A stretch of DNA of 63,617 nucleotides, filler included, from Kipferlia bialata (Eukaryota), in NCBI GenBank assembly GCA_003568945.1. It is 7 parts of 7 records of this genome, joined end to end, with 100 filler letters (N's around TTAATTAATTAA, not from the genome) between each part and the next. Parts side by side here need not be neighbours in the genome. Positions count along the whole stretch, not along the records: positions 11,056 to 21,999 come from BDIP01001326.1; positions 22,100 to 33,040 come from BDIP01001327.1; 5 more parts are not named here. The stretch is one strand, 5' to 3'. Position 1 is the first letter of the stretch; the number at the start of each line of letters is the position of its first letter. Below the pieces are notes generated by a model. That model was not told where the DNA came from. It did not search any database and saw only the letters and a program-made list of their open reading frames with translations. Of this stretch, positions 11,830 through 26,244 are shown one piece after another. Position numbers and translations under genes: made by a program.

Positions 11830-14800
11830 TCATACTTTGACACTGTGGTCGACAACTACGAACCACCAATGGCGAATGCTAGTGCACTCCACCATCTCTG
11901 TCACCTGTGATGTGATGGACCGCGTCCGAAATGTGCTGTCCCGCAGCAACGTATCACTCTCATGTTGAGTGACGGCGTGTTCTGCGTTGACCGACAGGGG
12001 AGGCCCCAGGTGTCGTATAGAACATGGGGTAGCCAAGGCCGCAGATGTCTGGACCTGAGGCTACCTGTTACAAAGGGAGCTGTGTAGCTCCTAAAGAAGC
12101 ATCGACGTGTTCTTGGAGCACGCAATGTACCGCCTGGTAATACTGCTGGAGTCACTCTGCCCCCTGGAGTATGTCCATGACCACTGCCTCCAGATGGCCC
12201 AGGATGCCAGTGCTGGTGTCTCTGAGGGTCAGAGGAGATTGGTGAGAGAGTTGTATACAATAGGAATACTCAAAGAGGCGTGTATTGACACCGTAACACA
12301 CCTATCAGCCCTTCTGAAGAAGGGGCAGTTGACGTCCAGCCTGCCCTCCTTGGGGTCCCTATCACAGCAGAACAGCACTGTGCGGCACAGGGCGGGGTAT
12401 ACTCCATCGAGCACCCTGCCTGGCTGTAGGACATAGGGCGTCAGGAAGAGCTTGAAGGCCTCTGCCCCTGAGGTGTTGGACAGGAACAGCAGGGCATCGA
12501 CAGCCTTCCTCAGCTGTAGGAGGGACTGTACCCCTTCGAAGGGAGAGGGTGCAGACGAGAAGGACTGCAGCCTCTCCAGGATGCCTGCGTTGTCTGCTGA
12601 CAGGCCCTGTGCAGAGAGGAAGGCGTCACTGGGGGCAAGGATGGTGTCAACGGTGGTCTCTGCTGATGTGGCGACAGAGAGGAGCTTCCTGGCAACGGCA
12701 CAGTCGGCAAAGAGGGAGTCGACACTGCCCTGGAACCTGTCACAGTACAGCTGGAGGTGAGGTTGTACGGGTATATGTTAAAGAAGACACGTGGATATAC
12801 ACACATGCACCCACCTTGTTGAGCACAGACAGACACACTCCCATGACATCGTCACTCACAGGCACTGCGGCAGCTGCCTCTCTGGCCTCTATGCCTAGGC
12901 CCTCTCCCTCCCCCTCTGCCTCCTCCGCATGTCCCTGTCCAAGTATCCGTCTCACCACACCCAGAGTGACTGCGTACAAGGCACGCACGCCCTCCCTACA
13001 CATGGACAGGGCCTCTCTCGACCTCTTGGCATTGCGCAGGCGGATGAAGCCTGAGGTTAGAAGGTATGCGAAAAGTATAGATTGATAGATAGAGCATGTC
13101 CACAAATATATAGATGTCAATACACATGCCACGAAGGATGAAGACTAGGGTCAGGGGGGGAAAAGATGAATATGATCACAGAGCCAATAGACATAGCATG
13201 CATATATACACATATACATCACCCACCTGCTGTCTCGCCACACAGGTCGTCCAGGATGGGGGGCCTGCTCTCCTCTATGGCAAAGTGCCTCAGGCGCGAC
13301 ATGACATGGGCCAGGCATGTGTTGATGTCCACAAAGCCCTCGGGGGTCACGTTGATGCCCCTAGGTAGTGATGGTAGTAGGCCAGAGAGCAGCAGGTGGT
13401 ACCGCATGAATGCAGCACTGCGGGCAATGTTACGCGCTGTACCAAGGTCTGGCTTCAACTCCTGAAGGGTGAGTCTACATGTGTATATGTGTATGGTTGA
13501 GAGGGTAGGATGGAATGATGATAGTACACGAGGGTAATAGTCTCTGTCTCACCTCAGTCCAGTGCCCCCTGACGTTCTCCCTGTCTGCATAGGGCATGGT
13601 GGCCACACACCCTGTGCCCTGGGCACCATCTCCCTTTACCCTTGCAGTCTTATCAGCCCCATGGGGGGTGAACAACACACTGGGCGTTGCGGCTGTGGTG
13701 ATAGCCCTCCCTCCCCTCTCCCTCCTCGCCTCTCTATCCAGCACACTCTGTGCATGTACTCTCATGGCCAAGGGGTACTGGCCCATGGAGGAGACAGTCT
13801 CTGTGTACTCTAGGAGCAGGTCCCGCACCCCCCTGTACCTGTTGTACCTGACAACAGACGCAGACTCGTCGGCCACCCAACCGCGTAGGATATCAACCCT
13901 GGTAAGGGCCAAGGCGAGGGCCGTACGGCGTCTGAAGGTGAGTACTATAGTCGGCCGCATAGTAACATATAGTAACTGTAACGAGCATATCCAACCGTTG
14001 CACCCACCTGTTAATGTATGCACTTGTCATGGCCTGCAGCCTGGGCAGGTCTCTGCTCCTAACCAGCTGGCACACCCTGTCTATCTCAGGGAGACTCTTG
14101 AGCAGCGTCATGGACTGTGCCCCATAGGCAGAGGTGAAGGCAGGGCCTGCTCTCTGCTGGGTCTGCATCAGAGAGGGGGCACCAACCCCATACCCTAGGC
14201 CAGAGAGGCCCCTCCTGTGTCCCCCGGCCCCACCCTCTCTCTCCCTGTCCCCTGCACCGTATGCACTGGCACTGACACTGGTGAGGGCATCAGCCGCAGC
14301 TGCCAGGTTGGACGGGGTGAAGACAGGGTCGGTGGTCAGCACAGACAGCACGTACTGGCGGCCCTGTTGTAAGAGATGTGGAAAGACATGTACACTTGAG
14401 CACACCCTTACCTGTCTGTGTTCGTGGCATTTGGGGTCGGTGAGACTGCCCAGCTTGCCCAGCGACTGGAGGGACTCCCCATCTGAGGGGTATCCTCCAA
14501 AGGTGCCCTCCCCAGACCCTGTTGCAAAGGAGTCTGACACATAGACAGAGAGGGCACTCTCCAACACCCCCTGCCCTTCTGTGTCTGTGTCTGTGGGGTA
14601 TACACACAGGGGTGGGGGGGATATGCGACTGGCCAGACAGGCAGCCACGGAGTCCGGCTGCTGTAGCGCCTTGATCAGAGACCGTTCCTGGTACGTTAGA
14701 TGAAGACAAGGTATATTATCATTGGGGTATTGTCCCTATAAGTGTGAACGGGGTATACGACATGTACCTGGAGCACAGCTGCAGTCTTAAGACAACACCC

Positions 14801-17647
14801 TACAAGGGAGTCCGACACTATCGCGTAGAAAGGGGTCTGGGGCACAAGACCCAGAGCCTCAAGGGAAGTGGAGGCTGAGTCGAAGAGAGAAGCCACGGAG
14901 GGAAGAGGAATGGACTCTTGAGACGATATCTGATGGCGGATAGGAGTGGGAGAGAGTATCCTGGTGAGGAGAGGGTTGCATGCCTCCGCCGCAGCCCCTA
15001 CCCACCCTGCCACCCCAGTATCCTCTACCCCCATGACACCCCCCTCGTCCTCCATGATGTCCTGTGGAGTGCAGAGGGGCAGCACTCTGCCCCAGCCTAG
15101 GTAGAGGCCTAGACCTGCCAGCAGAGAGTCCCCCAGGGTAGCAGCCACTCTAGTCTCAGTCTCCACCCTCTCAGTCTCGTCCAGTGCCTCCTGCGGCACT
15201 CTGAAGATCTCAAGGCCCACTAGAGTGTTGGCGTCGGTACCACTCCCACCCTTGGCGGCATCAGGGAACAGTTCCTGTGTGCCTACCCCTGTGGGTGTGT
15301 ACTCAGGTGAGGTACAGGGAGAGACAGACACACTGCACACACTGGATATAGGTGATAGGGCATGGTCTCTGGAGGGTGATCTAGACATGGCCTCGTTGCA
15401 GAAGTGGAAGGCGGTAGAGGGACACCCGGCACCCAGCGAGGCAGCAGAGACAACGTCCTCTGTCTGGGGCCTCTCCTGCCCTCCCCCTCTCTCTGTGCCA
15501 CTGAGGATGGTGACTGTGTACTGGGGTATGCACCCAGTATCCAGTGAGACCAGCCTCTGCTCCAGCTCTCCTGACGCATCTGTGACCTCATCCACCCCAG
15601 TGGCATAGCTGTCATCCCCCACCCCCAACAAGAACTCCTGGGCCATGGTATCCAGCCTACCCATAGCCATGCCGCACAGCTCCACACCCCTGTCCACAGC
15701 TGTCTGGAGGCAGTCGGAGGCGTCTGTCCCATCTGCCTCTGCTCCCCTTCCCAATAGGGGTCTGAGCACACTGGCGCACACGTCTCTGTCATCAAGTACA
15801 GTGCGCACCAGGGTGAGCACAGTGTACAGTGACACCCCTAGCAGCTGTGCGTGGTCTGGGTCTGACCCGTGGGCATGGCCATACACGACCCCTGCCGCAT
15901 GGACCAGGAGGGGGGGCACGGTGTCTAGGGAGTCCTTGATGCCGCATAGCAAGGCCAGGGCCAGCCACGTGACAGACCGCTCAGAGACAGGTACACTGGC
16001 AAAGAGAGGGTCGGCACGCAGACGGTCTGCCTCATAGAACAGTACCTGCGGGGTGAGGGCTGGCAGACGTTGTACAGTTCCTGGAGCTCACGGCAGCCAA
16101 AGCAACACTTCATAATTAGGGAACACACACATATATAATCATGACCCACCTGTGACACTGCGTGGCATGTGAGCAGGGTGCTGACGTAGGAGATACCCCC
16201 GTGCAGTATGGCAAGTGACCCAAAGACCCTGGCCACAGTGGGTGTCCTGATCAGCTGGATGCCGGACCAGCCACCCTTGACATCCACCGTATCTGTGTGT
16301 GTGTCACCCTGTACACTAGTGCTATGCATAGTAGTACTAGTCCTAGGTGCATCAGTGCCCTCAGGGTGGGACAGACCCGCACACAGACCAGCAAGAGCAG
16401 CCAGCAGTCCTGCGGCTGGGCCCGTATCCACCATGGCCGTGGTATACACATCAAGGACAAGGTGGGACACTGAGGGTGGGGGGGGGTCCTACTGTAGAGT
16501 GCCATGGTGTGTATACATCCCAACCCACCTAGGTCTGCCAGGTCTGCGTCTGTGAGACACATGCTCTGGGTCAGTGCCACGGAGCAGTGGGTCTGGGGGT
16601 CAAGAGGGGGGGGGGGGGCAGTCACATACATATATACTACACAACAACACTCCATGGACACTATAAACGCACCTCCTCCGACATGTGCGTCATGACTGTC
16701 TGCTGGGGGGATGCTCTGACAGGGGTGAAGGTGTTGGGGGTGGACCTGACCCTCTCGTACTTGGCAGGCATCTGGGGGGTCACAGACCTGGGTCAGAGGG
16801 GTATATATACATATGCACACACCTATGCAACAAGTATACAAACTCCTCACCTGTAACTCTCCCAGGGTCCTGTCCTTAGTCTCTGGGAGGCCTGGGTGCC
16901 CTTGAATATCTGCAGTCTGCCTAGGGTACCCACCAGAGCAGCTGCCCCCGTTCTATAGGACGCAGCCGCCATGGCACCCAGTAGATAGGGAGACTGCAGG
17001 AGGGGCACACCGTGTGTGGCAAAGAGACGCCGTGCCTGGAGATGTCTGTAGTGTCCGTTCCTGGGTCCCCTCCCCCTTATCCGTCTGACCCCCTGCCCCT
17101 CTGTCCTAAGGGTGCGAGAGGTATGGGGTGCCCTGATGGAGAGGGTCTGCTTGACCCTGTGGGTGGGTATCCTCCCTGTGCCCGCTCCCACGCGGTGGGT
17201 GTCAGTCTGGTACATACCACTGGCAGTGGGGGTGTGGGCATAGGGCGTCCTCTGCTGGGGACGGCCAGACATGGAGACAGAGAGGGGGTGGGGGGACATG
17301 TGCGGGGTCATGGCCGTGCCCCCTAGGTGTGGTCCCGGGGTGTGTTGGACTGAGGCCCCTGTTAGATGCGTGTCCCGGGTAGGGAACACCACCACGGGCT
17401 GGGCCTCTGGCTGGGGGTCATGCACACTCAGACGATGCAGGGCGGGGGTCAGGTACGAGAGCTCCTGCTCTCTGAAGGACAGAACCTGGGGTGAGTACAT
17501 ATAATAGAGAGACTATGAGAGAGGGGAGTTGGAGAGTAGTGAGAGATGTCTCCCCCTTACCTTCTCTGCATACTGGGTCAGACCCTCGGTGTAGTTCTCC
17601 CGCCCACCCTTCAACTCCTGGGAGGCGCGTCGCACATCAACCTGACA
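11830..17647 (-). CDS. Large multi-exon hypothetical protein, 5' end lost in N gap
   Basis: Long GC-rich exons (e.g. 14770-16020 and 16852-17485) separated by short GT-AG introns with fused branch/acceptor. It ends ...TSIRHWWFVVVDHSVKV* at 11830. No family recognised. Confidence 0.65.
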
Positions 17648-17761
17648 GGTTAGAGAGAAACATGTACAAACATGAGGTTCCAAATAGTGTATCAGTAAGA
17701 ATGGATTGAAGAAGAGAATGTTTGGGGGGGGGGGGGGGGGGGAAAAACTTCCCTATTTTTC

Positions 17762-18435
17762 NNNNNNNNNNNNNNNNNNNNNNNNNNNNNNNNNNNNNNN
17801 NNNNNNNNNNNNNNNNNNNNNNNNNNNNNNNNNNNNNNNNNNNNNNNNNNNNNNNNNNNNNNNNNNNNNNNNNNNNNNNNNNNNNNNNNNNNNNNNNNNN
17901 NNNNNNNNNNNNNNNNNNNNNNNNNNNNNNNNNNNNNNNNNNNNNNNNNNNNNNNNNNNNNNNNNNNNNNNNNNNNNNNNNNNNNNNNNNNNNNNNNNNN
18001 NNNNNNNNNNNNNNNNNNNNNNNNNNNNNNNNNNNNNNNNNNNNNNNNNNNNNNNNNNNNNNNNNNNNNNNNNNNNNNNNNNNNNNNNNNNNNNNNNNNN
18101 NNNNNNNNNNNNNNNNNNNNNNNNNNNNNNNNNNNNNNNNNNNNNNNNNNNNNNNNNNNNNNNNNNNNNNNNNNNNNNNNNNNNNNNNNNNNNNNNNNNN
18201 NNNNNNNNNNNNNNNNNNNNNNNNNNNNNNNNNNNNNNNNNNNNNNNNNNNNNNNNNNNNNNNNNNNNNNNNNNNNNNNNNNNNNNNNNNNNNNNNNNNN
18301 NNNNNNNNNNNNNNNNNNNNNNNNNNNNNNNNNNNNNNNNNNNNNNNNNNNNNNNNNNNNNNNNNNNNNNNNNNNNNNNNNNNNNNNNNNNNNNNNNNNN
18401 NNNNNNNNNNNNNNNNNNNNNNNNNNNNNNNNNNN
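17762..18435. other. Assembly gap (N run) within contig
   Basis: About 670 N flanked by G/C homopolymers. Smaller gaps lie at 28298-28377 and 52137-52184. Confidence 0.95.
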
Positions 18436-18938
18436 TGGATACTTATCCCCCGGGTGACCGCCCCCCCCCCCCCCCACGTATCTCTCTTAATGTTTTGGAC
18501 ATATTGTTGTAGTTATTGGGACTCACCCCCCTCCACAGTTACCCGCACTCACACTCCAGCCTAGGTTATCCCGCTGCCCCTGTGATACACTGAGTGACTA
18601 GGTATGTAAATACTCAACCCATTCAGTTTCTTATCCCGCGGGTTCAACATTTGGAATTGCCATATACTATATACTATATATATTGCAGGCATATCTGTAG
18701 TTTCATCTCAGTCAACCCATCACTATTCCTGCTCTATATACTAGACCTATTTGCGCTTATCATATTCTAGCACTACACACTGTTCTCCTTCAGCTATCTA
18801 TCCTCATGCACTCACTTTTGACTACTCACAGACCATGTTGCCCGATGCTGTACTATATGCTCCTCTTTGAATCGTATATGGTCATTATCTCTACACAGAG
18901 CTCTATCCATGTTTCTCTCTTTTTATATCCAGGTGGTA

Positions 18939-21239
18939 ATGGTGCTGCCTTCTGGGGTATATCATGCCGAAGACCCTGCATTCTCCTCCCACGAGCATGA
19001 GTCAGGCGAGGTTTCTCATACCCACTCCATACTCGACCCTGCAGCGGTTGAGGACGGGAACAGCGGGCGCCGTGAGTATGGAAGCGGACTTGCTGTTGAC
19101 TATGGAGTCAATGGTGACTCTTACTGGGGCGTGCCTGAGGCTTGGGATGCTTCAGACGACTCAGAGGCGAGTGAGTCCCCCTTCGTGTCCCAGGTATGGT
19201 CTCTGTACTACGTGGCATTGGAGCAAGGGACTGTGTTACTCATATATCCCGTTATCTATAGCACAATGCATATCATACTTCACAAGTTCATATTCTTTGG
19301 CTTGCAGCCACCCTTTATACATTCATTGGTACCAAATGACTTCATATACTGATGCACCTTATACCTCAGAGTTTCCACAGTTACGACACATCCTTGTGCG
19401 AGACCCTAGAAAGAGACGCAGTTGACACAGGTATGGCAACTGGTACCTAGTGCTAAGTGATTGTAGAGTGGCGGTCAATGTAAATTACTGCTATACTGTG
19501 GGTATCTTACCCTAGGGTCAGGTGAACTCTTCCTCACAGCTGGCTTGAGCGGGTCTCAGCCACTCCAGCAGGGAGACACCAAGCGATCCTCCTCCAGTAC
19601 TTCGACATGGATCACAGATCAGAGCAGAGAGACCGTGGTGGGCACTCTGAGAGTCAACGAGCAGGAACCCGGGCCAAGTGATAAGACCGGGTTACAAGGG
19701 TCAGGCCAGCCACCCCAGACCTTGTCTCCCACAGAGCAAGTCACTCTGTCATACATCACCCTCCCCACAGAGAAGATCTACGCCTTCTTCCTGATTAGAA
19801 TCGGGGATTACTGTGCAGTAGTAGATGCTGGGCGTGCTCTGACAGAGAGCTCTAAGTACTTTCAGAGTGATGTCGCGAGACTGTTGACTAAGACGAAGAC
19901 ACTGCTCAAGGGGGCCAAGGCCATTGACTGTTTCATCACCCACAATCACGAGGACCACAATGGGTACCAAGGCATGTTCGAACAGTATCTCGACAATAAG
20001 GACAACTGCCACGTCATTGTCAGGAAGAAGAAGAAAGTCGATCTAGTAGACAAGGGATTTATCCGGGTGTACCCAGGAGGAGCAGGTCAGGACAACAAGG
20101 ACGTCCAAAACGTGTATGAGAAGAGGACCCGGTCATACAAGGTCCGTCTCTACGTCCCACCCCCTGTTGCCGACAAGGGCGATAAGAATGGGGAGTCCTT
20201 TGCTGTGGAGGTTTCATTCCTCCAAACCCCCAAGAAGAGTGAGACACGGGTTCTGTTCACAGGAGACATGGAGTGGGATAAGATGGCACCATTCTTCGAC
20301 GATCAGAAGCCAACTGCTATGGTCAGCCGGAATGTGGATATCATGACCATTCCTCACCATGGCTCTGTACCTAACTCCCCTGTGGAGCTGTACACTCACA
20401 CGTGCCCACGGGTGGTACTTCTTCCAGGAGGCAAACACAATGACACAGACTTCCTCGGGTACTGGGAGGCAGTGAGGGCTAACATATTTGATGGTCTTAG
20501 ACCAAACACCGGACGTCCCAGTCTCTTGGCCCTTCGGTTCAACTGCTCCACCATCACCGCTAAATCAGTTTGGTGTGAGAGAGTAGCTTCCGATGCGGCG
20601 GAGGACTACTGCCGTAAGGCTAGAAGGGGGTTGCGGGAATGGGTGTGTGAGTCTCTGGAGTTAGTAGACCCCACTGACGAGCATTTAGCCCGTTGTAAGG
20701 GTGTTCTCTTGGGACTCGTAGCTGTGGAAGCAAAAGAGGAGAAGAGACTGAAGTCCCTTAGAGCCGTCTCCAGCTACTCCAAGCTGCGTGACGTGGTGGG
20801 TGCCACTCTTGTCTCTGCACTCTACAACAGGAACGGGGATGTCACCCTGACGCAAGGGGCACCAAAACGTCACTCTGCTGGTCACCAAAACCAGACGCTC
20901 TTGAACATGCTGTCGCCTAAGGAGCAGAGGAAGTCAGCCATGACTAAGGTGGCCCGGTGGTCCGACGAGGGAACCAAGGCCACAGTTCCACTCTTCCTAG
21001 AGATTGTTGCCCGGCACGCTGGTCTCGACTTTCAGTCAGGAAGCCAGAAGCCTTCACCTTTTGCTGAATGGTGGGTTGCAGAGCGTGAGGCTGTAGTACA
21101 GGGGGAACACCCAGTTGACCTTGTTGAGCACAGGTACCTGACAACACAATCTCTCAGTGCTTTTGAGGTGGGGATACAGGAGGGAGAAGTGGTGTCAATC
21201 ATAAGGAGATACCCACCACCCAAGCGCATCCGTCTATAG
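18939..21239 (+). CDS. Metallo-beta-lactamase-fold hydrolase, ComEC/Rec2-like
   Basis: Exons 18933/18939-19193, 19370-19430 and 19540-21239 join in frame. Motifs VVDAG, THNHEDH (HxHxDH at 19941-19958), NGESFA, LFTGD and IPHHGS. C-terminus is PPPKRIRL. Confidence 0.8.
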
Positions 21240-21948
21240 GTGTCTGACTCTGACTCATAGGAGGACCACAGGTGACTCTGGGATTGATTATACTCCTCTG
21301 ACGGGGACGCAAGCATCATTTGCTGCTAAGTTAGCAGCTAACATGTAATATATTGAAATATGTATCATTTGCTCCAGTATGGAGAAATCTAGTTATTATA
21401 GAACTGAATCTCTGAGTGAACCATAACTATAGCTTCAGGTGGAGACTGCTATACTAGATGAGGAGCCGTAGGAAGCGTCGCTCATATCAGACACACCGCT
21501 GAAGGTCACCAAGTGATTTGTCTATCGAATGTATGTATGTGGTACTCTCATCTCCTGCAATGTAACTCCCTCAACTCGGAAGGTATCTGTCCCCTAGCTA
21601 ATTCTATCTCAAGCTGTATCCCTCTAAGTTAGAGGCTCTAACCAGCAAGATCAGAAGGCAGGGTTCTGTCTCTCCCAGTCCTGATGGTCAACACTGGTTA
21701 CACATATACATGATAATGCTATCATACATATAGTATCCAAATGCACATTGATCCCAGAAATGTATAAAAAGTACAAACCCACCCTTGCAAACTGCACCAG
21801 GTCCCCCTCGTCTGAGTGTGTGGCAGTGTATGCCTCTAGCTCAGATAGCATCTGTCTAAGGGTGAGGAGATGCATACATAGCTAGAAAGAGGGGGGGAGA
21901 GAGGCTCTAGCTCTGACAGCATCTGTCTGAAGGTGAGGGTGTGTAGGG

Positions 21949-21999
<51 letters not shown>

Positions 22000-22258
22000 N
22001 NNNNNNNNNNNNNNNNNNNNNNNNNNNNNNNNNNNNNNNNNNNTTAATTAATTAANNNNNNNNNNNNNNNNNNNNNNNNNNNNNNNNNNNNNNNNNNNNC
22101 CCCTTTATTTTCCCCCCCCCCCCCCCCCCCCCCCCCCTTTCCCAGGAGGGGCCCTCCACCTCTCTCTCTCTCTAGACCCTGACCCTCAGACATGGCTCTC
22201 TCTCTCTCTCTCTCTCACTCTCTCTCTCTCTCTGTCCCTATGTGCTCTGACCCTCAGG

Positions 22259-23179
22259 CATGGATCTAGATGGAAGTGGCCTTGGAGACAGTGCCCTCTG
22301 TCCATTCCCATCACCACCCACACGCACCCCTAACAGGTGGGTCAGTATATATCAGTATATATATGTAATAGTATTAATATTCAGCTAATAGTAATACTGA
22401 TACTAGGTGGACTGGGGGTAACAGTGACGTTGTACCCATTGCACCCATACCTGTGCCAGCTGGCATAGCAGTAGCTGGGGTGAGGGAGAGGGGGAGTGGG
22501 GGGACACCCAAGTCTGTCCTTAGGCTACCACGGTCAGGTACACTCTCTATTCACTATACAATTAGTATATATATACTGTATATACTTATACTGACACTCA
22601 GGCACCCTCAATCTGCGCATCGCCAGTAACTCCACCACTCCACCCCAAGGGAGAGAGGGTGAGGGAGAGAGAGAGACTAGCTGGGCAGAGCAGGAGAGGA
22701 GGGGGAGACATGCTGGGGCACCCAAGATCGAGGTGAGGCAGATCGATATACAGTATACTGACATATGTTATTGCTACGATCTCTCTCTCTCTCTCTGTGT
22801 ATGTGTGTGTGTGTGTCGTTGTCTTACTCTCTCTCTGTCTCTCTATGTCTCACTCTCCAGCCCGTGACCACTCTGCCCTCATGCTGTCAGACCCCACGCG
22901 GCACAGGTACAAATAGTATAGTGTAATGTTGTCACTATGGATCTAACTGGTACCAAAGCACTCACCAGAGAGAGTCTCATGTTTACTACCTTGACACACT
23001 TCTTCATATCTAGATATTATATTTTTATATTATTATTTCTTCATATCTAGATATTATAATAATATATTATTATTAAAACTCTTATAACCCAGGCACCCCC
23101 ACCCCCACCGCAGAGGGGTACATGGTGTCACAGTCAGCACAGCAGGCATTGCAGGTATGTAATGGATACAATATATATT

Positions 23180-23211
<32 letters not shown>

Positions 23212-26200
23212 TGGGTACATGGTGTCATAATCAGCACGGCATTGCAGGTATGTAATATATATTATATATAGTTATATATACATATATATATATAGAGGGA
23301 TAGAAGGGTACATGGTATCACAGGCGGCACAGCAGGAACTGCAGATATGTATTATGGTATATACGCATATATGGATAGAGAGAGAGAGAGAGGAAGAGTC
23401 ATTCCAGCTGGTATTGCAGGTAGGTGTTTGTATGTACATTACTCACCCCCAGGAGTCCCTGTCCCAGTCTGCTGCCTCTGGCACTAGTCAGGACCAGGAG
23501 GCTGGGAGGTATGTATACATAGGTATATAGATACTTGTGTTTTTGTAGATGTATGTCTCTCACTATCAGTGGCATGAGTCTAGGCGAGAGGCAGGTGTCG
23601 ATGGAGGTGCTTCAGCTGGAGAGGGAGAGACAGCTGGTCCAGTCCCTACCCTTGGACATATCCATGAGTATGATGCTGGATGACATGGACGTGGACACTG
23701 TAGAGGAGGAGGATGGAGACAGGGCGGAGGAGGACGCACTCAACCTCAGGGAGACAGGGTACATGGGTACTAGAGGGGCTAGATGTACTAGGCAACCTAG
23801 TGCAGTGGCAGCAGAGAGCGGTATCATCCACGTCTATGGCAAGGCACCGCCCTCTGCCCACTCCTATAGACCGGAGGCTCGGCCACACAACTCTCCATCC
23901 CCAATGCCGAGACCCATAGAGAGGTACATACATAATCTCTCTCTCTCTCTTTCTCTCCCCCACTCTATCTGACTTTCAGCCCCCAGTCTAGACAAGAGTC
24001 AGTTCTGCGGAGTCAGATGACACGGTCAGCTGAGGTGGGTGTTTATGTCTAATATTTATGGATCATCGAAGTTGAAGTACAAATATGTATAGATCTAGAG
24101 ATCTATAGAACTATACTTGTATGTATGTATAACTTTGTCACATGATATGCCCCTCACTGCTAGACGTTTGACCTCTCCTTCCACCCCATACAGTCATTAT
24201 ATATATGTATATATCAATCCACACACACATATATGTATATATATCTATTTGTCATTGAATTAACACTCACTGCAAGACGTCCGACCTCTCCTTCCCCCCC
24301 ATGCAGTCCCTGTCCCCAGAGGCCTTTGGTGATACATCCATGAGCCTGGAGAGAGGGAGGGGGAGAGAGAGAAGCAGCAGACCCGTAACCCAGGATAACA
24401 CCCCCACCCAGTCAATGTCCTCATCCTTCTCCCCCAAGATGCCGTCTGCTGTTGTACAGTCGGCACCCACTGCCTCAAAGGTAGCCATCTCAGTGTATAG
24501 GCTGTATTCCTTCCAGTTCTAAGTCTCCTTACCCCATCAATTATATATACATGCATCATTCCCTCCCTGTCATATCTTGGCAAGCATTGCTCTAACCCTT
24601 CAGCCACTAGTCCTTGTATATATACCACTCTTCCTTCTGCGATATTAAGCATGGCTCTAACCCCCCAGCCACTAGTAGGTACCTCCAAGCCCAATGGTAC
24701 CCTCAGTTCCATCGCCACCTCCTCCCTGACATCCCCTGTGCCAGTGACCTGGGAGAGAGACCTGGCAACTAGTCCTGAGGGTACGCATAGTCTATGTGTA
24801 TCAGATGATAATATATACCTATGCACGCTCTTTCTGTATCAATCTGTTCTGACATGGTTGCGCCTTGATTGGAACAGTCCCATCCTCCCTCCCCACTCCT
24901 CTATATCTATATATCTTCTATGCACCGATGCCTGCACCTATATGCTAATGTCCAGGTACCCTCCCTGGCACAGCCCCCTCCTCCCTACCCTTGCCCACTA
25001 GGAGTCTCAACGACTCATCATCACCCCTGTCCCCCAATAGGTCTAGAGGCAGTGTGAGGAGTAGGAGGGATGTCCAGGTCAGGAGGCACAGCCTACTGTC
25101 GGAGATTGGGAAGAGGTCACATTCCCAGGTATGTGTGTATCAGTATTCATTAGCACCTACTCTCTATGTATGTGTAAATTGCTAAGTATACACCTTACAC
25201 TACTAGGATAATCTCCACGACCTGCTAGTGCCCATGGCTGACAGTGATACCCCAGAGGGCAGCCCTCCATCCCAGAAGACACCCCCTATCCCAGACTGTG
25301 AGTGTACAGCAACACGCAAGGTATATACATTTATAAATATATCTAGTATATACATACATATATAGTATACCCTCACCCCCCAGGGCAAGGTCAAGTGCAA
25401 CCACTGCGTGTTCAAGAGATTCCCCAAGAGTGCTCAGGACGGATCACCTGTGCAGGTATTATACATTACTCTCTCTCTCTATCTCTCTCTCTCTCTCTCT
25501 CTTCTGTATTCTCTCACCCCTCAGAGACCTAGGCAGAGGAGTTTCTCCCTCATGGGTGCTCACCCCTGCTCTTTCCAGCAGCCTAGGTACTAATCTATAC
25601 TTTTGTAAAGAGCTTACAGTGTAAAGTGCAGTACACAAACCATGGCACTTTGGCACTGTTTTCTTGGGCTGCGTTTAGTTAGACCCTCTGTCTTACCCCT
25701 AAGGCCACTAGGTGGCTCCGTTACCGAGCTGCTACCCGTTGGGCACTCTACGTCATCATCAGGTAAGAACCTCTTTCAGAGAGACTTGGGTGGTCTTGAT
25801 ATTCCCCCCCCCCCCCCGCCCTCCCCCATTCTATGTGGCTTCTTTTGTGCCTTACCTTCTCATACACTCACTCTAGGCTGGCTGTACCCTGAGGGCGCCC
25901 CCTCTCCTGACCCAATGCCATCCAAGCTAGGCCGGTCCTTTAGCACCATAGGCCTCATGTCCACACACTCCACAATGGGTAGAGTAGTAGCAGACCAAGG
26001 GGGAAGAGGGAGAGAGAGAGAGAGAGGTGGAGTGGTGGCAGACCAGGGTGGCAGGGAGAGAGAGAGAGAGAGAGGGTCTAGGGGTGTCTTCCAGGGTAGT
26101 AGGAGCACCATGAGGCAGGTCTCTGTGCATGACAGTGTGGGGGACAGGGAGATGCGCAGAAGGCACTCAATGATACCCCTGGAGGGTATGGCTGGGACCG

Positions 26201-26244
26201 TACAGGGTACGGAGGGAGAGAGGCACCCCAATCCTTTGGATTAG
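22259..26244 (+). CDS. Multi-exon Ser/Pro-rich low-complexity hypothetical protein, 5'-truncated
   Basis: Series of GT-AG exons ending ...GERHPNPLD* at 26244. Several RRxS motifs (RRHSLL, RRSFS, RRHSMI). Confidence 0.6.

Noticed and set aside
17692..18564. Long ORFs containing poly-X
   Set aside because: They span an N gap.
21322..21338. Inverted repeat gctgctaa-g-ttagcagc after the MBL gene
   Set aside because: An 8-bp stem with a 1-nt loop, no partner end or target-site duplication, and compatible with chance.
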